Part shown: positions 25,561 to 37,900 of the stretch, in pieces
Position numbering within the stretch: position 1 is the stretch's first letter
How the letters are laid out: every line of letters begins with the position of its first letter
Assembly (NCBI GenBank): GCA_013265495.1
Contig: MU058463.1
Coordinates: 2,007,523-2,071,522 of the forward strand
Length of the DNA stretch: 64,000 nucleotides
DNA from: Vicugna vicugna
Lineage: Eukaryota
Reading direction: 5' to 3'
Position numbers and translations under genes: made by a program
The notes under the pieces: model-generated
The model's database searches: none
What the model was told of the DNA's origin: nothing
What the model saw: only the letters and a program-made list of their open reading frames with translations

Positions 25561-26419
25561 CTGCTCCCTTCTCTGGAGTCTTTCAGCCAGAGCATTTCTT
25601 TTTTTGCCCGTCTTTTAAAACCTGAGTTTCAAAAACTGAATTAACAACTTAACGACTTGTGAGGAAAAAAAATACATAGACGTGGATGTGGTCCCATATC
25701 TCCTCTGTCTCAGAGGGAATACATCTGCCCTTCCCTGCAACCTCCTACCCGGAGTCCAACCTGTCCCTGAGATGGTTTCTCCAGGGCGCTTTGGAAGTTG
25801 GCAGCGTCGTGAGACAGCTCCAACAGCTGGGAGAAGCCAGAAGGCGCAGGGGGGGAAATGATACAGAGAGCATCTAACCAGGGGACTTCTAAAGATAGTG
25901 TTGAGGATAGTATTATTTTTAAGTGTGTTTGCTAGAAAATTGGACTGCTAGAAAACATGGGGAATGCAAACAGCCTCAATAAATAGATCAAAGATGGATT
26001 CTCTGTTTTAGGGTTGTTTGAGATAGTTCAGAATGAATGACACAATTTTAGAATCAGCGATATGTAACTTGAACCAACTGAGATAGAGAAATATTCTTGC
26101 ATCTCGCTGTCTCCATTTTTCCAGCAATCTTACGAATTAGCAAATAATTCACCAGGGCTACCTAAGCACTGGGAAGTAAAGGCAGTATCTATGCATTATC
26201 CTGATGACATTTTTAAACTAGCTATCCAAGGAAATAAACACGCAGAAGGGGAGAAACGCATTCTTCAAAGTACTTCAGTTTTTTAAATATTCACAGATTG
26301 ATTTATTTTATGCTTCAATTCTTTTAAGAAGGCCTTTAACCTATACAAAAAGAGAGCTCTCATTTAGTGGATGCTTATGATAATGTGCCAGGCACCAAGC
26401 TAGATAGACATTTAAAAAA

Positions 26420-26460
26420 TGTATATATAAAAATATAGATTTTATATAAATATAAATATA

Positions 26461-26497
<37 letters not shown>
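26420..26497. repeat. AT-rich / (AT)n microsatellite
   Basis: Read directly from sequence. Confidence 0.9.
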
Positions 26498-26498
<1 letters not shown>

Positions 26499-29299
26499 TT
26501 GAATATTAAGATAATACTGTGGGCAATTTTGAAGCTTTTCTTTACTAATCAGGACTTTCACTTGTGCAGTGTTTATATCAACTACTCAAGGCCAAAACTG
26601 ATGGATAAATTTTCAAAGAATACTCTTTACCCTGCCTTCACTTGTTATTTTGCCAAATTGCCTCCCTGGATGGGCTGATTCTCGCCACGTCACTCTTACT
26701 TATTAGGTATTGTTTGATAAAAAACAACCAACCAATCCAGAATATTCAGTGCTGTGTGTAAGAGGGTATGTGAATATGTGTTGTGTAGGTGTGTGTTTGG
26801 GGCAGGGTAGGAGGATGCATTATTACTAAATAACCCAGAAATCCTTAAAAAAAAAAAAAGCCATGATGGGCTTCCATGGAGCCTATATTTCCATTAGATA
26901 TAGCCTAGAGGTGACTACAAGGTATGTTATAATTACATTTCATATTTAAAAGGCATGTCGGGGCTTTGTATCTTGATAGCAAACCAGCATGGGACTAGAA
27001 TGAGTGGAGACTGAGGAGGAGAAGGGTCTGGTCTGGGAAAGGTCTTTGATTAGGATCTACACAGCTTCTCCTGGAAGGCTCACCGTGCCCCATCTCCATC
27101 GTCTATGCCAGGATTAGGAGAAGCCTTCCCTACAGAGGGGATCTAAGGAGATCCTGCACATGGAATTTCTGCAGCAGTTTGACAGCTCATGTTTACTTAC
27201 AAGACACTGTCCACGGGCTGGTTTTCTAAAACCTCATCTCCTTCTGCCTTCATCCCCCAAGGAGCTGCTGGGTCTTTTCCTTCCAACAGCAATAACATGC
27301 TGACTCGTCTGGGGCCACTGTCTCTGCCCTGGCTCTCAGGAATTTGCCTGTCTTCTTAATAGCATCCAATCCCACCGCATAAGATGGTAAACTGGGTATC
27401 CACCAGGAGCCTGGAGTGCTTTCTTCTGCCCAGGGGTGGAATACAGAAGCACACACATCCAAGCCCTGCTGGCACCTCAGATCTGAACTTTTTTGCCTAT
27501 AACCCTGGTTTTTTTTAATTCATTGGGTCTTAGTAGTTCCTTGGAAATGGAAAACCCTAAACAGCGCAAAATTACTACAGCTTCTATGTAAAACAAAACA
27601 GGACCCTCATCCCCCAGAACACACGTGTGCTTAATGTTTGGTACTTGATACACTACTGCATTTTGTCCTTTTCTGCCTCCCTGCAAATCACCCCCACTTT
27701 ACACCACATTCTCTCATAGCTTGCTTTTTTTTTTTTTGGCTAAGAAAGTTTTGACTTAAAACTGAAAATATTCTAAGTGACAAGTAAGTAGCCCCTTCTC
27801 AAATAAAACCTGCAATAACGTGCCTGGATTACATTAAGGAATGCTGGAGGGGATCCCAAAACCTGACAGAATCCTAGGACACCATTGAAAGGGCTCCTGT
27901 TACCTAACTGACTTAGAGCTAATCAGTGTAATCCGCATGACAATACCTTGTCTGACTCCGGGAACCTGCTGCATTACCGGTGGGAGTGGGGGGAGCGGGC
28001 AGGAGCCACTGGGAGTGCCCCAGGCCTCCGCCACAGTAATGTGACAGGAGCTGCCTAGCCCTCTGGCTCTGCTTTGGAACAATGTGGACCAAGAAGCTTC
28101 ATAGAGTGAGATAACTTAGATTTATTAAGGCGAGGAAGCTTAGCATGGAGACAAAAACAGAGAGAAAACCACAGAAAGTGATCAATAGCTAATGTCCAAA
28201 TCCCAGGAAACAGAATAGCAGTGAGAGTAAGTTTCTTGGCAGGAAAGCCAGATTGGTCTAGAAAGAAGTTTGGGGGGAAATGTTGGAACCAGTCTCAACA
28301 GAATGAAAAGGTTTCCAAATGAGCCCTTTGACTAGTTTTCTCTTAGACAATGTGAAGACCAGTTGAGGGGAGAGGAGAGGGATGGTTAAATCGTTCAAGG
28401 GTAACTTAAACTTCCGTGGGGCTATTTAGCCCGTATCTAAGAATTTGCCCCAAGACTTTAAAGCATGAGAATGCAAGAAGAGACTCTCAGGGGCACTGGA
28501 TCTGTCACCTCCCGGGTCTGGGTTGAATCTGTAGGTAGCACAGTATCAGTCTTTGCAAAAACAACTGTGTCTTCTGTCAAATGTCCCTCTCGTTCAAGAA
28601 GAAAACTCCCAGTGTCTGCGATTGACACTTATGTTGTGAGATTCTTGCTTGAAACTGTTGAATCAGAAAGGAAGGTATGTACATTTTCCCTCTGACTTTA
28701 CTTCATTTCAGGCCATGCTGCCTGAATGCCCCACTGCTTCATACTTCTATCCCGCAGGCACAACCTAAGAAAATTAAAAGATACTAGAGGAGGGGAAAGG
28801 AAGACAGAGAAGTTGAAAATTAGAAGGTATATTCTGTGGCTTCTACATAATTTTCAGTGAGATTAATAATCTTCAGTGGCTTGAATAGCAAGATGGCCTT
28901 GTTGACTATCAGCATAGGCAATGGTTAGATGACTATTTCTTATCTCTTGTTCAAAGCGCTACTTTGAAGGACTATTATCAACTGCTCAAGTGGACAGCAA
29001 AAACTCACCATGCATTAGTGTACTCCAGAGTGAGGAAAATACGAAAGCACCCTTTCTCGAGGTAGACAGAGGTCTGTGGCATGTTGAAGAGAAGGGAGAA
29101 CGGCTGCTAACCTCATTACGGTGCTAAAGTCCTGATGAGTGAACAGGCACAGAGTAAGCCCCTGGGAAATTAAGGAACTTCACTAAGTCAGAGTAGCAGG
29201 GTGTTTAGATGAAACTGAATTTAAGTCTAACCTGGAAAAAGCTAGACATTGTATCATGGGAAAACCATTCAATCTGTTCCAGTGATTGTCTTAATGACT

Positions 29300-29420
29300 C
29301 ACTCATTCAACAAGTATTTATTGAGCAACTGTTAGCTGCTAAGTTCTGTTGAGGCATTGGCAAAACTGCAAAGAACAAAATAGGTGAGAATCTTGCCATC
29401 TTAGAGCGTGTATCCTAGAG
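29300..29420 (-). mobile_element. L2 3' end
   Basis: actcattcaacaagtatttattgagcaactg...gaacaaaataggtgagaatcttgccatcttagag. Confidence 0.75.
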
Positions 29421-29585
29421 ATTATCACCACTTTGCTATATAATCAGTACAACCAAGCTGAGACTGCAAAGACTGGCCTTACAATCATTTTGGCCACTTT
29501 TCTCTAATAATTTACATTTAACACATAATATTGAAGTCTATGATTAATCTAATCTATGGAGAAAAGACACCATTTTGTGACGTAG

Positions 29586-29588
<3 letters not shown>

Positions 29589-29618
<30 letters not shown>
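29589..29618. repeat. (TG)15 microsatellite
   Basis: Read directly from sequence. Confidence 0.97.
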
Positions 29619-29620
<2 letters not shown>

Positions 29621-32370
29621 GGAGTAAGGGTAGGGAGGCATTTTAAAATGTGAAATCCAGAAAATTTAACAGAGATGAAAGTTATTTTGGAGAGAGTGAG
29701 CTGGCCTTCCTGGAGGCACTCTACCTTTTTTCCTCCAAAATCAGTTTTCCAAGGGAAATAATTTATTTTCTAGAACCTTCCAGGACATTTCCTTCAGGGC
29801 CACGTGGTTGCTGTTCACTCAAGTCAAGAAGAAGGAGACTAGCTTCAAGAATATGCACCAGATACTGGGAATTTATAATGAGGACCAAGTCCAAGGATCT
29901 AAGAGAAGTCTATGTGTGGCAAAAGGGAGAATGAATCTGGAATTTAGCTGTTTATTAAGTACAAATTCTGCTAAATATTGTTTTATGCATAGAAATAGAC
30001 CAAGTAGTAACTAATTATAATAAAACTTGAATTCAGACAGTAGAAAGGCAATATCCTTGAAAAGATACATGTAAGCTTTGTTACATTTTCTATAAGCTTC
30101 AGAGCAATAATAAAATAATCATTGGGACAAATCCTTATCTTTAAAGATAAGGATTAAAGGGCCCAATACAGTATACTATATTTTCAAGTGCAAAGACAAC
30201 AAGGAAGTTCTCTGTGGAAAACGCCCATCTGTTTGAAATACTTTTGTTTCTCTACCTCTGCCTTCTATTGGACTCTTCCCTCTGCAGTGCCCAAAAAGTT
30301 ATGTGATTCTTTGTTTTCCAGCACATTCTCTTGAGGTATCTAATAACTTTTGCCCAGTATTGTAGACAGATTATAGCTAATTCAACTATGCAACACATTG
30401 GACTTTGTAGATTAAGGTCTATGTATCTGTTCTATGTCCTTTTCCCTCTATACAGCACACACACTTTTACAGAAAAGAAAAGAAAAAAGAAAAGGAAAGA
30501 AAGAAAGAAAGAAAAAAAAAAACCTAACAGATCAATCGCAGACTGATCCCAAAGGAGGAAACCAACCCTTTGATTTTTATCGTAGGTGAGCTCCAGTACT
30601 AACAACATTTGGTTGTTCACACTCAATTTCAATTTCAGCCATCTTATTTCAAGATCAAAATTTAGGAATATTACCAGGTAACATAAAAAGGCTATACCTT
30701 ATTTCTCTAAAATTCTTTAACAGACATCTATAGCATAGATACATCTATTCCAAACTATTTTTTAACTATCTGTTTTGATTCAGTGAGTCTTGTTGTTGGC
30801 CTGAGTTGTAACTTTTGTTCCAAAAATGATGCCTCTTTTTTTTTCTTCTTCTTCAAATTAGGTCCATGAGGTAAAGGGAAATTGAACAATTTTTTCACAT
30901 AATAAAAAGAGCCCAACTAAATAATGAACATCAAAAAAAATTCCCTTTGGAAATTATTAAATCAAATAAACTTGTTTTTGCTGAGTGGTCAAAGGTCTGT
31001 GTTCAAAGCAGCTACTTTTTCACTCTATGGGTGGATATAGAGGCCGAGTGGGTTGAGTGGTGTTATTTTAAGTTGCTGTGAGAATGAGGAAACACAAAAG
31101 CTGGGTCCAGTTGACTGAAATGTGGCTGATGCAACCCACTGACTCCCCAGTGGACTGAGCCACACATTATATAAACCATGAAGATGACTGATGTGATCAG
31201 ATTAGTCATACCAAAGTATCGTTTAGCAATGGCTGATAGCACCCAGCTAAAGTCCACATTGCCCCAGTCCTTCCAAAACCTGATTCACGAAGGCATTGTT
31301 GAATTACAAGTGTCCCTCATCTAGGAAAACAGTCCAACAAAATTCCAAACTCTCAAAAAAGCTACTATGAAATAATCCAAACTGCACTAGGATTTTCCCT
31401 AGAAATTACTCTTAAAGTACAAGAGCTTTATGCATGTAAGCATTGTGTGATTTTCAAAAAATGTGAATTGTGTTCAATGTTTCTGTGTCACATTCATTGG
31501 GTAAAACAAATGATGCATGAATTAAAATCTCAACTTTTATTGACTATGAAGCTCAGAGGAACTGATTCTAGGTTCAAAAACCCATTTTACACAAAACAAT
31601 GAAGAGCAAAGGGTAACCAATCTGACTACATCAGTCACAAATCTTAAGAGACTGAACGCAACCACCAACCCGTCCTAAACTTCTAAAATATAGTACACTT
31701 TGGCCACTACATTCTTTTTTCATCTATATAATGTTGACTACAGTGTATGAATCATTCAACAGTTACAATTCAAGTTTGACCTTTCACTGTCTTATCTAGA
31801 GAAAATTTCATTTTCAAGTGTTCAGGAATATTTAAAGTATTCAAAGTATTTCGAGAGAACTTTTGGCGCACGTCACCCAAGCTCAATTGCTAACAGTTGC
31901 TGCCACCTATAGGCCCAATGTCAAGAGAAGGGGCTGGGACTTGAACAGAGGCTTGCAAGTTTCAAAGGCACAGTTCAACAAAGCAAGTTTTTTTTGGTTT
32001 TTGGGTTTTCCGCATAGAAAGACATAGTTGGTACCATAGACTGTTGATGCAACTCCCTGAAAAATGGAATTAGATATGACCAATTACACTAGGTTCATCA
32101 ACCACAGTCTCTCTAAACTACCTCATGAGGGGCAGAGACTTTAAAGCAACAGCTTTTCCACTCACAAAACAAACAAATGAAACAAATTGAATCAAGTTAG
32201 CTAGGTCTTCAGTCACATCTAATTGTCATTATCATAGTGTACAATCATGTGAAAGTAAGTGACAAGGAGAGATTTTCTCTTGTGTCTATTAGCACATATC
32301 ACACATGAGAGTCTGAATATTTTTGGATAGATTCTCTCCCTTTTGGAGATTTTGTAAACCCTTCCCTGTG

Positions 32371-32472
32371 ATAAATATATATATATATATAATATAATAT
32401 GATATGATATGACATGACATGATATGGTATGATATGATATGATATGATATGATATGATATGATATGATATAT
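32371..32472. repeat. (AT)n grading into (GATAT)n pentanucleotide microsatellite
   Basis: Read directly; variant units gacat and ggtat are present. Confidence 0.95.
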
Positions 32473-33101
32473 GTCCATCCTGAGGCTGAAAGAGAAGAAA
32501 AAAATTGTATCCATAAAACAACTCAAACTTAAATCTCAGCTTCAGGACTTTTTTATCAGTAAAATTGAGATGATAATAACTACCTTTAAATGTCATTTTA
32601 AAGATTGGAAGTCATTTTATTTTTATAGATTATATATATTTATATATACATACACATAAATACTCATATTTATTCAATGAGTTATATATGTGTATGTGTA
32701 TAAATATATATATATATATATATTCTCAATGAGTAGCATGCAACAGTTTATAAAAATGTTATCCCAGTTACACCCACTAATTTTATGATGCTCTTCAAGT
32801 CATTTCATAACTGGACTTTTGCTTCTTTATTTGTAAAGTGAGGAGCTTAGACTAAGTAATTCCTAGATTCCTCCTGAACTTAATATTCTAGTGTAAGATA
32901 TCTGAGTCAGGCATCCTCTCTGCCCACACCATTTGGACCTGTTTCTGCATTGGGCTGTCTCTATGCTGGATAAATGGCTGAGGATCAATGCCCTCTAGTC
33001 ATGTGTTTCCTCTGTATTCCAGGACACTTGGAGAGCATTTGAGGAGGAAAGTCTTCATGGCTGATGCCCATTTGACTATTCCTAAACACAACTGGCTCCC
33101 C

Positions 33102-33528
33102 TGTTATGAGCTGAATTGGGTCCCCTCAAAATTGATATGTTGAAGCCCACATTCCCAGTATCTCAAAGGTGATTGCATTTGGAACCAGGGCCTTTAAAGA
33201 GATGATCAAGTTAAAATGAGTCCATTAGGACAGGCCCTAATCTAATCTGACTAGTGTCTTTACAAGAGAGGAAATCTGGACACACAAGAGACACCACTTT
33301 GGACACCAGGGTGTGTGCCCACAGAGGAAAGGCCGTGTGAGGACATAGGAAGAAGGCACCAGAAAAAGACAACATCTGCAAGCCAAAAAGAGAGACCTCA
33401 AAAGATCCAGTCCTGCCAACACTTTGATCTTGGAATTCCAGCCTCCAGAATGTGAGAAAGTACATTTCTGCTGTTTAAGCCTCCCAGCCTGCAGGGTTTT
33501 GTTAACGCAACCCTGGCAAGCTAACACA
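33102..33528 (+). mobile_element. MaLR solo LTR (MLT1A/B/C-like)
   Basis: TG...CA ends (tgttatgagctgaattg...gcaagctaacaca). Internal motifs: gggcctttaaagagatgatcaagttaaaatgag; cctgccaacactttgatcttggaattccagcctccagaatgtgaga. Confidence 0.9.
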
Positions 33529-33534
33529 CCTCCT

Positions 33535-33740
33535 GCCCTGACTCTGTGACTTTGAAGAAGTTACTTATGGTCTCAGATTTCTTACTACACTTAAACTAAA
33601 GATAGTAATACTTTCTTTAAAAGTTGTAAGGCTAGTGCTCGCTTTGGCAGCACATATACTAAAAGTTGTAAGGCTAAAAACGATGAGGTGTATAAATAAC
33701 CTACTACATGGCTAACACAAAGCAGTTACTCAAAAATCCA
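33535..33740 (+). mobile_element. MIR SINE hosting a U6 retrocopy
   Basis: ctctgtgactttgaagaagttactt...tctcagattttctt...gatagtaatac...atggctaacacaaagcagttactcaaaaat. Confidence 0.65.
33635..33660 (+). pseudogene. RNU6: 3'-truncated (tailless) U6 snRNA retropseudogene, U6 nt 1-26 (1-30 counting overlap with the TSD)
   Basis: gtgctcgctttggcagcacatatact(aaaa) equals the U6 5' end GTGCTCGCTTCGGCAGCACATATACTAAAA with one CpG C>T change. Flanked by a perfect 16-bp repeat aaaagttgtaaggcta (33619-33634, 33661-33676). Confidence 0.95.
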
Positions 33741-35094
33741 TTCTTTCCCTTCCTGCATCCTGCCTCAGCTGTCAGGTGAACTTGAATAATCTGTGGAATG
33801 TAATTTCACCTATTCTTTGTTCTTCCAGTAGTCACTGGTCTATGTGTACAGATTTTGATAAAATATTTTAAAATAAATATCAATATGTAACATCTTTTAT
33901 GATACTATATAATTAAATGTAATTAGTTACATTTAACAAAAGACTTCGTTGAAAGAACAAATGTATATGAAGTGAAAACCATTGTAATCAATCTAGATTA
34001 TATAGGTATCCTATCTGGCTGAATTCTTAACCTTACCCTACAGAGCTTCACAGATTTCATCTCTTAGATAAATGCTTCAAAGTCTAAATGTTCATTCAGA
34101 TCTCACTTTAGGCATATGTATTTGCTGAGCTTCCAAAACCTAACATGATCAGGATCATCTTAATGTGTCTTTTTCTCTCGTCCCACCTTCTAACAAAGGC
34201 TCTATCAAAAATGTTGGAGCTTGTTTCTCTTACACTCAACATCTCCTCTCCTTCCACATTCCACCTTCGATTACCTCCCAGTCTCTGCCTTGTTCTGTCT
34301 GTGTAGGGTTAACTCAGTATTTTCCCAATGCATTTTAAAAAATTTACTTCTGCAGATTTTATGAACTAGTGAAGTTCAGGGCAAATAAAAACAAAATCAA
34401 TTACTATACTTGTACAACTATACTAATCCAAGGAGACAAAGCTTTCAATAAGAATACCCTTAGCTTTTTTATTCTTTTGGTCCAATTTCAAAATCTTTTT
34501 ATTTCTCCCTCCTTCCTTTGCCTCCAAATCCAAAACCCAAAGCAGACTGTTCCCAGAAACCCATGAGAAAAGAAAAATAATAAAAGCAAATTTAAGTAAG
34601 TTAAACTTTCTCCAAACTTTGGAAAATGAACTGTTCTGGTTCATTTCAAATTTTTTGGCAAAGATCCAGGATCAAATGAGAACCAAGATCACATATCCAC
34701 AGTGAAGAGTGGAGGGTATACATAGCGTAAAAGTAAGAAGAGAGCTGAACAATTATCCATCTAATTAAAGAGGGAGCTGACGTTGCTAATCAGGTAAAAT
34801 CAAGAATTTTCCTCATGTATGACTCGGAATTGTGACTGTCATAACCCCACATTTAAAATAAAAAAAGTAGCAAAGTTCTCAAACTGACAAATGCTTGAAT
34901 AAATAGGTGACAGAACTTGACAAATTTAATTTTCACGTAAATAGTAAATACAAGAAAAGAGAAAAATAATTTGAAATTTAAAAGGACAGTCATATTTTGA
35001 GACACTTGTAGATTTCTGAGATCAGAGCATTGTCTATAGAGCAGTAATATTTTTGATAAAGTCTTCCCTTATTTAAGACCAGCTTTGTTTTTAT

Positions 35095-35490
35095 TTGCTA
35101 CCATACAATAGAATACTATAAAGAAATGAGGATAAATGAGGCACAGCTATACATGACAACGTGGATGAACCTCACAAATAGAATGTAGCACAAAAATGCA
35201 AGAGCTAAATAGTTAAAAACTATGATTTCATTTATAAAAAGTTCAAAACAGGAAAAATGAATCTGTGCTGTTGGAAGGCAGGGTAGTGGCTCCTTTAGAG
35301 AGGCGGTTGTTACAAAGAGACAAGAGGAAGCCTCCCAGGGCACAGATAATGTTCTGTTTCTTGACCCGAGTGCTTATTACATGGAATGTGTTCATTTTGT
35401 AGTTTCATCTGGTGACAGATTTATAATTTGGAAAAAATTTTATGTGTTTTACCTCAATTAAAATTTCACTTAAAAATTGAAAAAAGGGGA
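35095..35490 (+). mobile_element. Old L1 (L1ME-like) 3' end
   Basis: catacaatagaatactata...acaacgtggatgaacctcacaaata...gataatgttctgtttcttgacccgagtgc. Confidence 0.8.
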
Positions 35491-35637
35491 CAGTTATAAA
35501 CATATCAACCTAGTTCTTTAGTTCCAAGTAGCACCGAGTCCGACTATTTATTTGAGAAATAGCAATAGCATAGAACAGACAATTCAAAGAACAGAAGAGA
35601 ACATTTATTTAATTTCCAGTGAGTGTCTTTGGTGCAC

Positions 35638-36104
35638 AGTGTTGATGAGCCAACTGAATCCCATTCATAACTCCTCCTCTTTAAATACTTTCCCATGACT
35701 GGTCTGCGGCAGCCATGTGACCCAATTCTTGGCAGTGATATTTAAACAGAAACAGGGTAGGACTTTCAGGAATGTTTGTAAAAATATATAGCTATCTTTA
35801 GATACAGAAAAGATATAAATTCAAGTCAGTTTTTTGCCTTTATCTTTTCTTCTTATGTGGAACCTGACAAGATGCCCAAAAGTGCAGTAGAGCTTTCTTA
35901 CAGCCATGAAGAGATAAGCATGAGGAAAGAGGCCCACATACTAAAGATGGCAGAGCCCCATAATGGAGAGGTCCCCTTTACTGCCTCAACACCAGGCTCC
36001 CTATCCCTAGATTCTTGCTTCAAGAGACAAATAAACCCTTCTGTTTATTAAGCTATCATTGTTGGATTTTCTACTGCTCACGGCCAAACACACTTATAAC
36101 TGAT
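35638..36104 (+). mobile_element. MaLR LTR (MLT1H/I/J-like)
   Basis: gcagccatgtgacccaattcttggc; cccacatactaaagatggcagagc; aataaacccttctgtttattaagc...cacacttataactgata. Confidence 0.75.
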
Positions 36105-36109
36105 AAAAT

Positions 36110-37900
36110 ATCTTTAAAGAGCTCATAAGGTAGTTCATCCATAAAAACAAGAACAGGTTGTTATGAAAAAGGAACAACCATAAAAAAAAATTAAAAAAAA
36201 AAAAAGAAAAAGGAACAACCAGAGAATTTGGAAGAATTCTTGTGATTTCAACACATGACTGGCAAATTTAAAAAAAAAAATTATAATAGAAGGACTAAAG
36301 GAGAAATTAAAATCAATTTCTACGATTATAAAACAAAAAGCAGAGAGCTACCCAATTTAAGAAAATTGTTCATGGAAATGGCAGATAAATCCAATAGGTG
36401 TGAAATCTGGTCTAATAAGATATCCAGAGGGGAAAAAAAAGGAAACAAATAGGATAATATAATCAAACAAATTGAGAGAAATTTAATTTTCCTCTGAAAT
36501 GAAGCTCAAATTGAAAGGAATCGCCAAGTGTTAAACAAAATGAATGGAAAAAAATATTTATAGCTTGGCAACTTACATGGAAGTTTTAGAATTCAAATAC
36601 TGACAGATCTAATAAGCACCCAGGAAGAAAATAAAAGCGCTTTGTCTGCAAAGTAATCATCATCAGCAGCAGACTTTTCATTAGCAGAAGACGCTATTCA
36701 AAAATTTAGCACTGGATTTAAAGTTCTATAGGCAAGTGATTTTCAATGTAATGTACATTCAGGTGAACTATTATTTTAGTACGAGGATGTAGTAAGAATC
36801 TGACTCCACTCTGGACATTTCACCACTGATACTTTTCAGTCTCCACCCTCTCGGGTGCCCTACATCTAGGCAAACCTGTAAGAAGGATCACACACTCCTC
36901 CCTTGGCACTGGAAAACGGGTCAAACACTCACTCTGGCCTCACCCTCTAACCACAATCAAAGCCAAAGCCATGTGCCCCTCCATTCACTCAAGCCATTTC
37001 TGACCGGCTTGGGGACCTGCCCTGCTATCTCCCCAGAAAGCCTCATTACGTGAGTGATTATTGCTCCACACCCTCCGGGTGAATGGATGATGCCATCAGT
37101 CTCAGCACTTGGACCAGTTCTGAGTGGGGGCAGATCCTGCCCACCTGGAGGCAACCACAGTATACAAGGCCTGAGAAACCTAACTTCACGGGCACATTTC
37201 TGGGGAAAAAATCTATTGAAGATTTTCTCCAGAAAAGTGTAAAATGTTCCCAAGATCATACCTATCCTTAAAAAGGAATATGTTTTAAGACATAGAAGAC
37301 TTAATCTGAGAGTGTGATGAAAATAAATGCCCCCCTCCCTGGGATTTCTATGGCAAATCCAGAAATGAGTTAGACCAAATCAGAGCAGCAAGTCAGAACT
37401 CCAAGTAGTCAGAATTTCTAGAAGAGTTTTAAGACAAATGGCATGACTGAGAAGGTTAAACTTCTTAGGGGCATGATATAAGCATCTTACGCCAATGAGA
37501 AAAGAGACAACTGAGAACTTCAGGGGAACAAGAAGCTCAATTAAAAAGTTATAATATAACATGGAGCAAACTGAAATGTGAAGTGGTGGTGCACAATTGT
37601 TGATATGATATACAAACAGCAACAACAAAAAGAATCTATGTGACGCTGATACCCAATGTAGAATTATTCGCAATGTAGAATTATTACTTTTTTCTCTATG
37701 TGTCGAATCATACTATTTGGCTCTCCAGATAAGATATATACATATTATATTATGAATATTCTTCATTACTTTTCAATTTTATGTTCAACATACAGATAGA
37801 AGATATAGTTTCAGATTAGAATGGCATTGTTAAAAATCTTAACAATGAAAAATACCAGCTAACAGATGCCTGAAATAAAGATGAGTAGGTAAGAGGAGAG
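36110..37900 (+). mobile_element. Highly degraded old L1 5'/ORF1-region remnants, interrupted by an LTR
   Basis: A-rich sequence with L1 ORF1-like motifs (gataaatccaataggtgtgaaatctggtctaataaga; tcaaattgaaagg; catcagcagcagacttttcattagca). Confidence 0.5.
36810..37162 (+). mobile_element. ERVL LTR 3' portion (MER74-like)
   Basis: ctcaagccatttctgaccggcttggggacctgccctgctatctccccagaaagcctcattacgtgag...catcagtctcagcac...gcaaccaca. Confidence 0.7.

Noticed and set aside
32400..32472. CRISPR-like or coding repeat (ISYHI ORFs)
   Set aside because: Simple (GATAT)n microsatellite with no spacers, in a eukaryotic context.
37654..37685. 15-bp direct repeat caatgtagaattatt x2
   Set aside because: Local slippage duplication within degraded L1 sequence; no further structure.
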